Below are positions 10,523-19,346 of a DNA stretch of 64,000 bases, one piece after another. The translations under genes and the position numbers were made by a program. Source of the stretch: Candidatus Abzuiibacterium crystallinum (GTDB lineage Bacteria > Omnitrophota > Omnitrophia > Omnitrophales > Abzuiibacteriaceae). Below the pieces are notes generated by a model. The model did not search any database. It was given only the letters and a program-made list of their open reading frames with translations, and had not been told where the DNA came from. The stretch covers positions 9,478 through 73,477 of the forward strand of contig PCVY01000028.1 in assembly GCA_002787155.1 (NCBI GenBank), given 5' to 3'. Position 1 is the first letter of the stretch. The number at the start of each line of letters is the position of its first letter.

Positions 10523-10609
10523 AAGCCTCCCTCTAAAAGGTGTAAAAATTAATTGACAAACGAAACTCTGTGACGGCCATACTTGATCATGGCTGGTATA
10601 GAGTGAAGG

Positions 10610-11365
10610 TCAGTAGACGTTAATGGCTTCACGTTGAGCATGCAACCCTGAACGAAACGAACTGCCTTCTTTAATGTAGTGACCAATAAATGCGCGCCGA
10701 AACCGATTCTGACTTTGGTTTAATTCTGACCCATGAACTAAGTTGCCATCCATAAAAACCACGGATCCTGCTTTTGCAGGCAAATAGACTTTTCGATAGC
10801 CTTTGGGAATGACGCAAGGCCGTCCTCTGTCATTAACAAAATTGGCTTCAGCGGGATGCGGCGTGCGGTACGCCTCTTCTTTAACCTCTAGGATAGGCTC
10901 CTGATGTGAACCAACATACGCATAAAGACACCCATTCTCCTGATCAGCATCATCCAAAGCGACCCAAGCGCCGCCAAAAACAAATTGCGCTGCCTGCACA
11001 TAAAAATTATCCTGATGCACATCACGTCCAAGTGCGCCTGGTTTTTTAAAATATAACATGCTTTGCAAAGCACAAATTTTCTGGCTCCGAAGCAAGCTTC
11101 CCATTGCGCTGACTATGAATGGATGTTTAAGTAAAGAAAAAAAGGCTGTATTTAGCCGATGAGGATTCATGATGGGAGCATATTCTTCACCACCTTCACA
11201 CTTTAGCGTATCCGCTTGACTTAAATAATGACGGCATTCATGACAACTTAAAGCTTGGTCCGCTACCAAAAAACCGTCCCGATGATAGTTTGTCACTTCT
11301 TGAGTCGTCAAGAGCCTTTGACGAGATTGCCCTTCAATCATTGATCGGCTTTCCCCGCCTCTCAT
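10610..11365 (-). CDS. PhyH-family Fe(II)/2-oxoglutarate-dependent oxygenase
   Basis: N-terminal LTTQEVTNYHRDGFLV resembles the PhyH N-terminus. An H-x-D motif is present (HQDNFY), with a downstream His (LVHGS). The ORF-track start at 11410 overlaps the gmd gene, so a later Met (MRGGES…) is used here. Confidence 0.5.
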   Translation of the reverse strand: MRGGESRSMIEGQSRQRLLTTQEVTNYHRDGFLVADQALSCHECRHYLSQADTLKCEGGEEYAPIMNPHRLNTAFFSLLKHPFIVSAMGSLLRSQKICALQSMLYFKKPGALGRDVHQDNFYVQAAQFVFGGAWVALDDADQENGCLYAYVGSHQEPILEVKEEAYRTPHPAEANFVNDRGRPCVIPKGYRKVYLPAKAGSVVFMDGNLVHGSELNQSQNRFRRAFIGHYIKEGSSFRSGLHAQREAINVY

Positions 11366-11369
11366 ATAT

Positions 11370-12356
11370 TTAAGCCTCGCCTGCCGAAATCCGTTCACGC
11401 CAATATTCAAGCAAATGATGCACGCTTTCTTTAAATTCGTACTTAGGTTTCCAGCCGGTCATTTTGGAAAATTTGGTCGTGTCAGGTATTTGAAGCGTCA
11501 CATCCGCCGGTCTTAAAAGCGCGGGGTCTACACGAGAAGGGATTGGTGAGCGACTCTCCTTTTTCAGCAAATCTAAGAATTCGCCCACCGAAATAGAAGT
11601 GGTACCGCCTATATTATACGCTTCGCCCGGTTCACAGTATTGCGTGGCAACCCAATATGCCTCCATTGCATCGCGGACATCGATCATGGTTCTAATCGAA
11701 TCCAAGTTACCGTGTACCAACTCTTTTTGTTTTCCCGTTTCAATCAAAGCCACTTGCCTGGCAAAGGATGTGGCAAAGAGATCGCGGCGTCTTGGATTGA
11801 AATAAGCGAACATGCGTGTGCGAATAATTTTCATCCCATAGCTTCGAAAATAACAAAACCCGAGTAAATCTTGGGCAACTTTGGAAACCGCATAAGGGCT
11901 CGAAGGTTTCATAGGCGCTTCTTCTTTAATCGGCACATCTTTAGGATCTACTTGTCCGTAAACTTCTGAAGTGCTGCATAACTGAATAATGGGGTCTATC
12001 TCGGCAGCGCGAATGGCTTCGAATAAATTAGAGGTGGCTAAAATATTATTACTTAAAACGGCATTGGGATTGTCAAATGAGGCGCGCACATTCGCGTAGG
12101 CAGCCAAATGGAAAATCACATCGGGTTTAACACGACGCATCACATTAAATACAGAGGCAAAATCGTTGAGATCGCATTCATAGGTTTTGATTTGAGAAGC
12201 AATGTTTGCTAGGTTGTTTTGAGCGGTTGTGCTGTGCCATCTTAAAATGCCATGCACTTCGGTGCCCTGGCAGTGTTGAATGATATGCTCGGCTAAATAA
12301 CTGCCGCCCGAACCCGCTATACCTGTAATGAGCGCTCGTTTAAAAGGACGTTTCAT
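11370..12356 (-). CDS. gmd: GDP-mannose 4,6-dehydratase
   Basis: N-terminal ALITGIAGSGGSYLAEHI…GTEVHGILRWHSTT matches the Gmd signature (ALITGITGQDGSYLAE…VHGI.RRSS). The SEVYG…SPYAVSK catalytic region is present. Confidence 0.8.
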   Translation of the reverse strand: MKRPFKRALITGIAGSGGSYLAEHIIQHCQGTEVHGILRWHSTTAQNNLANIASQIKTYECDLNDFASVFNVMRRVKPDVIFHLAAYANVRASFDNPNAVLSNNILATSNLFEAIRAAEIDPIIQLCSTSEVYGQVDPKDVPIKEEAPMKPSSPYAVSKVAQDLLGFCYFRSYGMKIIRTRMFAYFNPRRRDLFATSFARQVALIETGKQKELVHGNLDSIRTMIDVRDAMEAYWVATQYCEPGEAYNIGGTTSISVGEFLDLLKKESRSPIPSRVDPALLRPADVTLQIPDTTKFSKMTGWKPKYEFKESVHHLLEYWRERISAGEA

Positions 12357-13366
12357 TACGAAACCGGCTTTTTATCTAAGAATACATTGTAAGTTTTTAT
12401 GAATTTTCCATTCGTTGCCTTATACCAATCCATTACATCTCGAATCCCCTCCTCAACCGAAATGGAAGGTTTGAAGCCCAATGCTTTTAGTCTTGAAATA
12501 TCCATCACGCGTCTTAGATCGCCTTTCGGTTTTGATGTATCCCATTCTATTTCAAGCGGACGCCCATAACAGCGTTTAATGATCTCTGTTAATTCTTTAA
12601 TTGAAATACCCTGACCGCTCCCTATATTGATTGGTTGGGTTGCTTGCTTTTCAACCACCAGCAGCATAGCTCGCGCAACATCTTTGGCGTGAATAAAATC
12701 TCGCATCGGGGACCCATCCCCCCAGACGCAAAGCGGATTCTCGCCTTCCATCGTTCTTTTAATGAGCGAAGGAATCACCATGGCATTCACCGGATCAAAA
12801 TTATCATGCGGGCCATACACATTGGCTGGACGAACAATTGAACACCGATTCCAACCATATTCAATTTTATACGCTTCAGCCTGCAATTCTCCCATCCGTT
12901 TCGCCCATCCGGCAAATCGGTCGTTTTCTGAAGGAAATGTCTTCCACACATCATCTTCATGGAACACTTCAGCTGGCGCGTAAACACCTATTGTGCTCGT
13001 ATAGAGATACCACTTCACATTGGCCTGCCGCGCCGCTTCCATCATGTTTGTATTAAATAACAAAATCGGGACCAAAAAACTAGCCGGGCGCTTTCCAGTC
13101 ACACCGGGTGAACCTTTAACACCCACTAGATGAAAAACGTAATCCATTCCTTTGCAAACTTCAGCGCATTGATCAAATTTGGTTAAGTTAACACGGCAAA
13201 ATTCAACCTTGGGGTGTGCCAGCGAAGGATCATCCAAAGAAACGACTTTTACCTTTGCGCCGGCATTAACCAAAAGTTCCACCAATTGACGTCCGATCAA
13301 TCCCGTTCCACCCGTCACAAGTACTCTTTGATTCTTAAACATTGATACCATTCTTTCTTGAACCAA
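12356..13366 (-). CDS. fcl: GDP-L-fucose synthase (GDP-4-keto-6-deoxy-D-mannose 3,5-epimerase/4-reductase)
   Basis: The motifs NVYGPHDNFDPVNAMVIPSLIKRT and VWGDGSPMRDFIHAKDVARAM closely match Fcl ([23 protein letters not shown] / VWGSGTPMREFLHVDDMA). The gene is immediately downstream of gmd. Confidence 0.8.
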   Translation of the reverse strand: MVQERMVSMFKNQRVLVTGGTGLIGRQLVELLVNAGAKVKVVSLDDPSLAHPKVEFCRVNLTKFDQCAEVCKGMDYVFHLVGVKGSPGVTGKRPASFLVPILLFNTNMMEAARQANVKWYLYTSTIGVYAPAEVFHEDDVWKTFPSENDRFAGWAKRMGELQAEAYKIEYGWNRCSIVRPANVYGPHDNFDPVNAMVIPSLIKRTMEGENPLCVWGDGSPMRDFIHAKDVARAMLLVVEKQATQPINIGSGQGISIKELTEIIKRCYGRPLEIEWDTSKPKGDLRRVMDISRLKALGFKPSISVEEGIRDVMDWYKATNGKFIKTYNVFLDKKPVS

Positions 13367-14407
13367 CTAAAAAGGTCCTTTAAATTTCTCTTCCCAAGAA
13401 TAAAAAACTTCTTTGGATAAATCGGTTTCTTTTAAGTCTAGCATTTTTTCGGCTAATCGAACAATCTGACGGGCCGAAGGATAAAAAAGATTTTCAAGCG
13501 GCCGGGTCGTCGGACAAGGCGTTTGAGCAAATCCAAGACGCTCGACCGGCTTTTTCAGTTCTTTAAAACAAGCTTTGGAAATTTGTGCGGCGAGCTCGGC
13601 GCCAAAACCGCAAAAAACCCAGTCGTAATCGGCAATCATCGCAAGTCCGGTGCGCTTGACAGATTCGATCATAGGATTAATATCCAGCGGCACCAAAGAG
13701 CGTACATCTATCACTTCCAATGCAACATCCCGCCTTTTTAAAATTTCGGCTGCTTTCAGCGCTTCCACATTCATCCATGAGGTACAGATCACCGTCAGGC
13801 TGTTTCCTTTTAATCTGACTTCTGATTTACCGAGTTGATCCGTTCGATTAAAATCCACGGTATCAACAGCATCGTATAACCACCGATGCTCTAAGAAAAT
13901 AACCGGATTGTCATCTTGGATAGCGGCTCTCAATAAGCCATAAGCATTTTGCGGCGTTGTCGGCATCACAACTTTTAATCCGGGGACGTGGGCAAAAAAA
14001 CTTTGAAGCGATTTGCTGTGTTGAGCCCCTTGCCCCCAACCACGCCCAAGGATACCTCTGATCACAAGCGGCACCTTCACCTTTCCGCCTGTCACATAAC
14101 GCATGTTCGACACCATGTTAACAATTTGATTCATCGCCAACATCATAAAATCAACGCGAATGTGCGTATGAACCGGTCTTAAACCAGACATAGCGGCGCC
14201 CAAAGCAACACCGGTCATCGCATCTTCGGATAACGGTGTGCCAAAACATCTTTTCTTTCCGAACGTTTCAACCAAGCCAACCGTGCTGCCGAATATCCGC
14301 TTATGGTCAGGCACATCGAGCCCGTATACAAAGACTCTGTTATCAGCTTTCATTTCATCACGCAAAGCGCGATTAATCGCATCTCGAAAAGCAATTCGCT
14401 CACTCAC
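13367..14407 (-). CDS. Thiamine-diphosphate-dependent enzyme, E1 beta / transketolase C-terminal-like subunit
   Basis: The 346 aa product has the transketolase-like pyrimidine-binding and C-terminal domain pattern (…VFVYGLDV…, …GFGAELAAQIS…). It pairs with the E1 alpha-like gene at 15611..16579. Confidence 0.65.
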   Translation of the reverse strand: MSERIAFRDAINRALRDEMKADNRVFVYGLDVPDHKRIFGSTVGLVETFGKKRCFGTPLSEDAMTGVALGAAMSGLRPVHTHIRVDFMMLAMNQIVNMVSNMRYVTGGKVKVPLVIRGILGRGWGQGAQHSKSLQSFFAHVPGLKVVMPTTPQNAYGLLRAAIQDDNPVIFLEHRWLYDAVDTVDFNRTDQLGKSEVRLKGNSLTVICTSWMNVEALKAAEILKRRDVALEVIDVRSLVPLDINPMIESVKRTGLAMIADYDWVFCGFGAELAAQISKACFKELKKPVERLGFAQTPCPTTRPLENLFYPSARQIVRLAEKMLDLKETDLSKEVFYSWEEKFKGPF

Positions 14408-14414
14408 GATTCAC

Positions 14415-15614
14415 CTATGAAAGCGGTATTTGGTTGAGTAGTTGACATAGTTTAGAAATTCTTTCCTCACTCAATGAAGGATAATTTCCAATGTAAAACC
14501 CAAAAAAGTGGACATGTTCAACATTCGGGAAATCTTTGTAGTTGATTTTTTTTAGGTACGGCTTCAGATAAGGCTGCCTCAATTGATTACCGCCCCCCGA
14601 AGTTCCGCGTCTAAATTCAACCCCACTATCCTTTAATGTTTCCATGACACGTTCACAGAAAGCATGATTGGGTTCTTTTAAAACCAGTGTAAAAGCATAA
14701 TTACTGCATCCCTCTAATTCAAAATCGACAAAGTACCGCTTTGGATCAAGATTGGCTAAAAAAAATGCTAAATTCCGATTACGCAACTTAATTTCTTCAT
14801 CTAATCGCTTGAGATGCGACAACCCCATCACGGCATTGAGTTCCGTACTTCGAATATTAAAACCGGGGTAAGCAAAAATAAATTCCGGGTTCAGATCGGA
14901 ATATTCTGATTCATATTGACGTTTCAAATCTGAATCGGTTGATTCCCGCACCAGACCATGAGAACGCAACATTCGAACTGTTTCGTAAATCGCTTTATTA
15001 TTTGTTGAAACCATCCCACCTTCAATCGTGGTTAAATGATGTGCATAATAAAATGAAAAATTTGAAACCAAACCAAAAGTGCCTAGTTTTTTGGTGCAAT
15101 GAGTTGCGCCATAAGACTCACAAACATCTTCAACTAAAGGAATGTTTTTTTCGGCCAGGAAAGCAAGCAGCGAATCTGTGAGAGCGTTATAACCCAGGAT
15201 GTGCGTCAAAAAAACTGCTTTTGTTTTCTTGGTCACCTTCTTTTTAATTTGGTTTTCATCCATTCCCAATGTTCGAGGATTAATATCCACAAAAATAGGA
15301 TCAAAACCAAGTCGAATCACTGCTGTAATATCCGAGACCCATGTCAATGTCGGCACCAAAACCTCGCCCGTTCCATGCAAAGCTTGAAAAGCAGCAAGCG
15401 TCACCAGGTTAGCCGAAGAGCCTGAATTAACAAATACGCTGTGCTTGACTCCGAGCCACCGTGACCACGCCTCTTCGAATGCTAATACATTGCGCGATTG
15501 TGTGAGAATGTTGTCTTCTTTTAGGAAATCTATGAGCTCTTGGCGATCGCCGGCGGTAATATTGTTATGCATCAAAGGCCAATGAAGTTTGTTATTCATT
15601 GTTTTTCCGCTCAT
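14415..15614 (-). CDS. DegT/DnrJ/EryC1/StrS-family PLP-dependent aminotransferase or dehydratase
   Basis: The 399 aa product has DegT-family architecture (…AFEEAWSRWLGVKHSVFVNSGSSANLV…). It lies between the split E1 alpha and E1 beta genes. Confidence 0.7.
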   Translation of the reverse strand: MSGKTMNNKLHWPLMHNNITAGDRQELIDFLKEDNILTQSRNVLAFEEAWSRWLGVKHSVFVNSGSSANLVTLAAFQALHGTGEVLVPTLTWVSDITAVIRLGFDPIFVDINPRTLGMDENQIKKKVTKKTKAVFLTHILGYNALTDSLLAFLAEKNIPLVEDVCESYGATHCTKKLGTFGLVSNFSFYYAHHLTTIEGGMVSTNNKAIYETVRMLRSHGLVRESTDSDLKRQYESEYSDLNPEFIFAYPGFNIRSTELNAVMGLSHLKRLDEEIKLRNRNLAFFLANLDPKRYFVDFELEGCSNYAFTLVLKEPNHAFCERVMETLKDSGVEFRRGTSGGGNQLRQPYLKPYLKKINYKDFPNVEHVHFFGFYIGNYPSLSEERISKLCQLLNQIPLS

Positions 15615-16579
15615 ATCGTGCTGAAAATATGGTTGTATAATTCTTGAGATGACGGGAATGGTGCTTGTTTGGCTTTTAAAATACTTTTTTCAATTCTCTC
15701 TTTTAAGCGGGATTGAATCCCTTCGAGTGATTGCTTTTTAATCCCTTTACGAAGACAAATTTTCTCAATTTGATAACAAGGATCATACAACTTCGCTTGC
15801 TGAGAAGTCGGCTTCTTTCGATAACCAAACTTAAAATCCTCGTTAACCCCTACATGTTCCAGAAACCGATAATATTTCAGACAAAGAAAAGCGGGCTGCG
15901 CCTTCTTTTTCATTTGTTGGATTAACTTTGAGGTTTTTTGATATGCGACATCAGCGCGCGACCCATCTCCTTCGTCGTAATAACAACGAAACCCTTTGAC
16001 CGCATCACGGAATGATCGAAACCCCCTTCTGGCTTTGCCTGGCGTGTGAATAGCGAGATCGTTGTCTTCACAAACAAACAAAATACGCAAGCCGCGCAAA
16101 CTGGCAAAATTCAAGCTTTCCCAAAACACACCTTCTTCAATTGCCCCGTCTCCAAAAAAAACAGCAACCATGCCCCCCTTTTTTTCATACTGGTTGGCAA
16201 AAGCAGCGCCCACCGCTACCGGAATGGTCGTCCCAACAACGGCAGAGGTGGCCATCAATTGATGCTCAGGCGAAGTCAAATGCATCGAACCCGCCTTCCC
16301 CATTGCCGGTCCTGTTTGTTTTCCATGCAATTCCGCAAAAAAACCATCCGGCTCTTGAGTGGCCATCAGATAAAGGCCGTGGTTTCGGTAAGTGCCAAAT
16401 ATTTTTGATTGCGGCGGAAGCGCGCTCATGACTCCGGCTGCAATGGCTTCCTGCCCGATACACAGATGGACGGGTGTTTTCATTTCATCTTGAGAATAAT
16501 GTGCCTGAATCGCTTCTTCGCAAAAGCGGATCAAGAAGATTTGTTCGTAACATTGACGAGCTAAGCTAGGCGTGAACAC
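15611..16579 (-). CDS. Thiamine-diphosphate-dependent dehydrogenase E1 alpha-like subunit
   Basis: ThDP-binding region GDGAIEEGVFWESLNFASL. The protein is 322 aa. Confidence 0.65.
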   Translation of the reverse strand: MFTPSLARQCYEQIFLIRFCEEAIQAHYSQDEMKTPVHLCIGQEAIAAGVMSALPPQSKIFGTYRNHGLYLMATQEPDGFFAELHGKQTGPAMGKAGSMHLTSPEHQLMATSAVVGTTIPVAVGAAFANQYEKKGGMVAVFFGDGAIEEGVFWESLNFASLRGLRILFVCEDNDLAIHTPGKARRGFRSFRDAVKGFRCYYDEGDGSRADVAYQKTSKLIQQMKKKAQPAFLCLKYYRFLEHVGVNEDFKFGYRKKPTSQQAKLYDPCYQIEKICLRKGIKKQSLEGIQSRLKERIEKSILKAKQAPFPSSQELYNHIFSTI

Positions 16580-16580
16580 G

Positions 16581-17588
16581 TTAGGTCACATTCTGAAAAT
16601 CATCCGGTTCGTACACCACAATTTTACTTCCGTGCAAATCAAAATTAAAAGAGACATGGACTAATTTCTTTAGTTTTTCTCGGACAGCTTTTTGAAGCTC
16701 CGGCTTGACGAAGAGTAAAATAAACCCACCCCCGCCAGCGCCTAGAATCTTACCTCCCGTAGCGCCAGCAGAAAGCGCTGCTTGATAAATTTCATCAATT
16801 TGCGGTGTGGTAATTTTGTCCGAGAGTTTACGCTTAAATTGCCAAGATTCATGTAATAATTTGCCGAATTGCTCAACAGGCGTTTTTTGATCCTGTAGAA
16901 TATGAATGGCTTCATCCACCATTTCCGACATGTGCTTAAGTTCTGCTTGGCGCTCATTCATATTTTTAATCACTTCAGATGCAATTTTGAAAGCAAAGCG
17001 AGAAAATCCGGTAAAAAAAAGCATGAGATGATCTTTCAAGTCTGACATTCGGTCTTTCGGCAAAATAAGAGGATGCACACCGAATGAATCGTCCCGGTTA
17101 AACTCGATTAAATTAACGCCGCCATAAGATGCCAAAATCTGGTCTTGGGAGCCCACCGCTTCTTTAATGACGTTTTGTTCAACATGAACGGCGCTTCGCG
17201 CCAGCTCCTGTTTATCGATCATGGCGCCCTGAAGAGCTTTAATCGCATGGATAAGACCTACTGTAAAAGCTGAACTGGAACCTAGGCCTGATCTGGCCGG
17301 CAAATCGCCATCGTGATGAATTTCTAGGCCTTTTTGCATATTCATCCATGACAAAACAGCTTTAACTGCGGGATGTTTTATTTCTGAAATTTGATTCACA
17401 TACTCAATTTGCGAATAGACAATTCGGTGTTTATATTCAAAGAAAGGAGGTAAGAAACGACAAGTGATATAACAATATCGATCGATAGCAGTCGCTAACA
17501 CCCTACCGCCATGTTGACGGTACCAGGCAGGATAATCAGTACCACCGCCAAAAAATGAGATCCTAAAAGGCGTTCTGCTAATAATCAT
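16581..17588 (-). CDS. GHMP-family sugar kinase (HddA / fucokinase / galactokinase-like)
   Basis: GHMP ATP-binding motif PARSGLGSSSAFTVGL. The protein is 335 aa. It is in the same operon as nucleotide-sugar genes. Confidence 0.7.
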   Translation of the reverse strand: MIISRTPFRISFFGGGTDYPAWYRQHGGRVLATAIDRYCYITCRFLPPFFEYKHRIVYSQIEYVNQISEIKHPAVKAVLSWMNMQKGLEIHHDGDLPARSGLGSSSAFTVGLIHAIKALQGAMIDKQELARSAVHVEQNVIKEAVGSQDQILASYGGVNLIEFNRDDSFGVHPLILPKDRMSDLKDHLMLFFTGFSRFAFKIASEVIKNMNERQAELKHMSEMVDEAIHILQDQKTPVEQFGKLLHESWQFKRKLSDKITTPQIDEIYQAALSAGATGGKILGAGGGGFILLFVKPELQKAVREKLKKLVHVSFNFDLHGSKIVVYEPDDFQNVT

Positions 17589-17759
17589 TCAGGGTGTCTG
17601 TCAATAAAAGACATTACAATTTGCGCATCTATCAGCTTATGTTATAGTATAACGTATAGAGGCGATATTCAATTGATTGTTTCCTAAATAAACGGCATTA
17701 TTTAGCTGATAATTAACCTGATAATCACATGCCTGCCAATTGACAATAAATCACAATCT

Positions 17760-19340
17760 GTGCTAAGCCAAAATAGAGATAAAACCACATTTGCGCTGCT
17801 TTCGATCATTTTGCTAAGCAACGCCATTTTTCTCTTCCGGCACGCCTCCCATTATTTTGATGTCTACGAGATGGGGGCTTTGATGGACGCCGGATGGCGC
17901 ATCCTCAAAGGGCAGTTGCCTTATCTTGATTTCCAGTGTTCGTCAGGACCTGTTCATCTTTATTTAATCACTCTCTTCTACCGGATATTTGGCATTGGCA
18001 AAAATGCCATGCTTGTCTTTCTAATTGTGTCACATTCTGCCGCTATTTTACTAACTTATGCCATGGCACGTCGATATTGCCCCAAAGCCATTGCCTTTTT
18101 AACTTCTCTCCTGACAACCGTTTGTTTTTATTGGACGATCTCTCATCCTTGGCCAGATCAAACCGCGCACCTATTTGGTTTGGGAGGTGTATGCCTTCTC
18201 ATATATCAAACTCCCTTTTCTTCAAAAAGTTCTGCTTTTAAAAATGGCTTGCTTTGCGGTTTCTTTTTCATTTTATCGATGGCAACCAAAAGCAATGTAG
18301 GCCTTGCTTACGGATTAACATTTGTATTTTTCTTTCTTTCTGTCGAGGGACGCTTGCAGGGACTCCTAGGACTTCTTCTGGGAACTTTGTTGGGCGGCGC
18401 CATCATGTTATTGGTGATTCGAGACCCGGTTGCTTATTACAACCAAGCATTTGCGGCTTTCTACACCGGAGAGCTGGCGAGTCGGCGTTTGATTTCATTT
18501 TTAATCTTGTTTACTTATTTCGTCGAGTGGTATTGGCTGATCGGCATCATCACTTTAGCCGTCATCGAGAAAAATATTAAAACACATCAACCGTGGGTAA
18601 TGCTTTTTATTTGTTTCTACGGCATCATGATTTTTACACGCTTCAGCAGTACTATCAGACCAGAAGCTAATATCCCGCTTTCTGGCGTCTTCTTGGCCAT
18701 GGCTTTTAGCTTGTTATTTAAGGATCGAGAAAATCACACGTCAACACTTGGGAAAATTGTTTTTAAAAGCGCCATCGTCATGATGGTTTTCTTCTCCGGT
18801 TTACTCATTGCGTCATCGGCCAAGAGAGGACTTGCTCTAAACGCCTGGGCTGACGGTGGAATTGATTCTTTTAATCACTACACCATGGCTTCTCGCGGCG
18901 TAGCAGGATGGCAAACGAGTCATCAAACCGGCGAAGCCGTTGACGCCTTGACTCAACTAATCAAAACCTATGTGCCCGCCAATGATTCTTTGCTGGTCTT
19001 AAGCGACCTGCCGATCCTTTATCTTTTAACGAACCATGAAAGCTACGAAGGAATTCCGGTTGCTTTGCGTGTTAATGAAGAACCGCCTCCCGGAGAACCT
19101 TCTCAAAAAATATCGCAGTACGTTCAAACGCACACGCCGGATTGGATTGTGACGCACAAGTCAGAACCAAGCACACCGCGGGTAACTGACATCATCCCTT
19201 ACTTGGGTTTAACCGATATGATTAACGAACATTACATGATTGCGGCACAGCATGAAAATTATGTTTTATTAGTTCACCGGAAGCGGCTAACTGAATTAAC
19301 ACCAACCATTGTTCAGCTACATCAACTAACGGGCGTTTAA
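17760..19340 (+). CDS. Polytopic GT-C-like membrane glycosyltransferase with a C-terminal soluble domain (tandem paralog 1)
   Basis: The 526 aa product has many TM helices. It shares conserved blocks with the next gene (RTGEAVD, DSLLVL.DL.ILYLLT.H.SY.GIP, PDW.VTH). There is an acidic residue in the first loop (MDAGWRI). Confidence 0.5.
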   Translation: MLSQNRDKTTFALLSIILLSNAIFLFRHASHYFDVYEMGALMDAGWRILKGQLPYLDFQCSSGPVHLYLITLFYRIFGIGKNAMLVFLIVSHSAAILLTYAMARRYCPKAIAFLTSLLTTVCFYWTISHPWPDQTAHLFGLGGVCLLIYQTPFSSKSSAFKNGLLCGFFFILSMATKSNVGLAYGLTFVFFFLSVEGRLQGLLGLLLGTLLGGAIMLLVIRDPVAYYNQAFAAFYTGELASRRLISFLILFTYFVEWYWLIGIITLAVIEKNIKTHQPWVMLFICFYGIMIFTRFSSTIRPEANIPLSGVFLAMAFSLLFKDRENHTSTLGKIVFKSAIVMMVFFSGLLIASSAKRGLALNAWADGGIDSFNHYTMASRGVAGWQTSHQTGEAVDALTQLIKTYVPANDSLLVLSDLPILYLLTNHESYEGIPVALRVNEEPPPGEPSQKISQYVQTHTPDWIVTHKSEPSTPRVTDIIPYLGLTDMINEHYMIAAQHENYVLLVHRKRLTELTPTIVQLHQLTGV

Positions 19341-19346
19341 ACAAAG

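Noticed and set aside
16046-16463. ORFs of 96-120 aa on the plus strand inside the E1 alpha gene
   Set aside because: They lie opposite a well-supported ThDP enzyme gene. Their composition is low-complexity and Pro/Ser/Arg-rich, typical of antisense frames.
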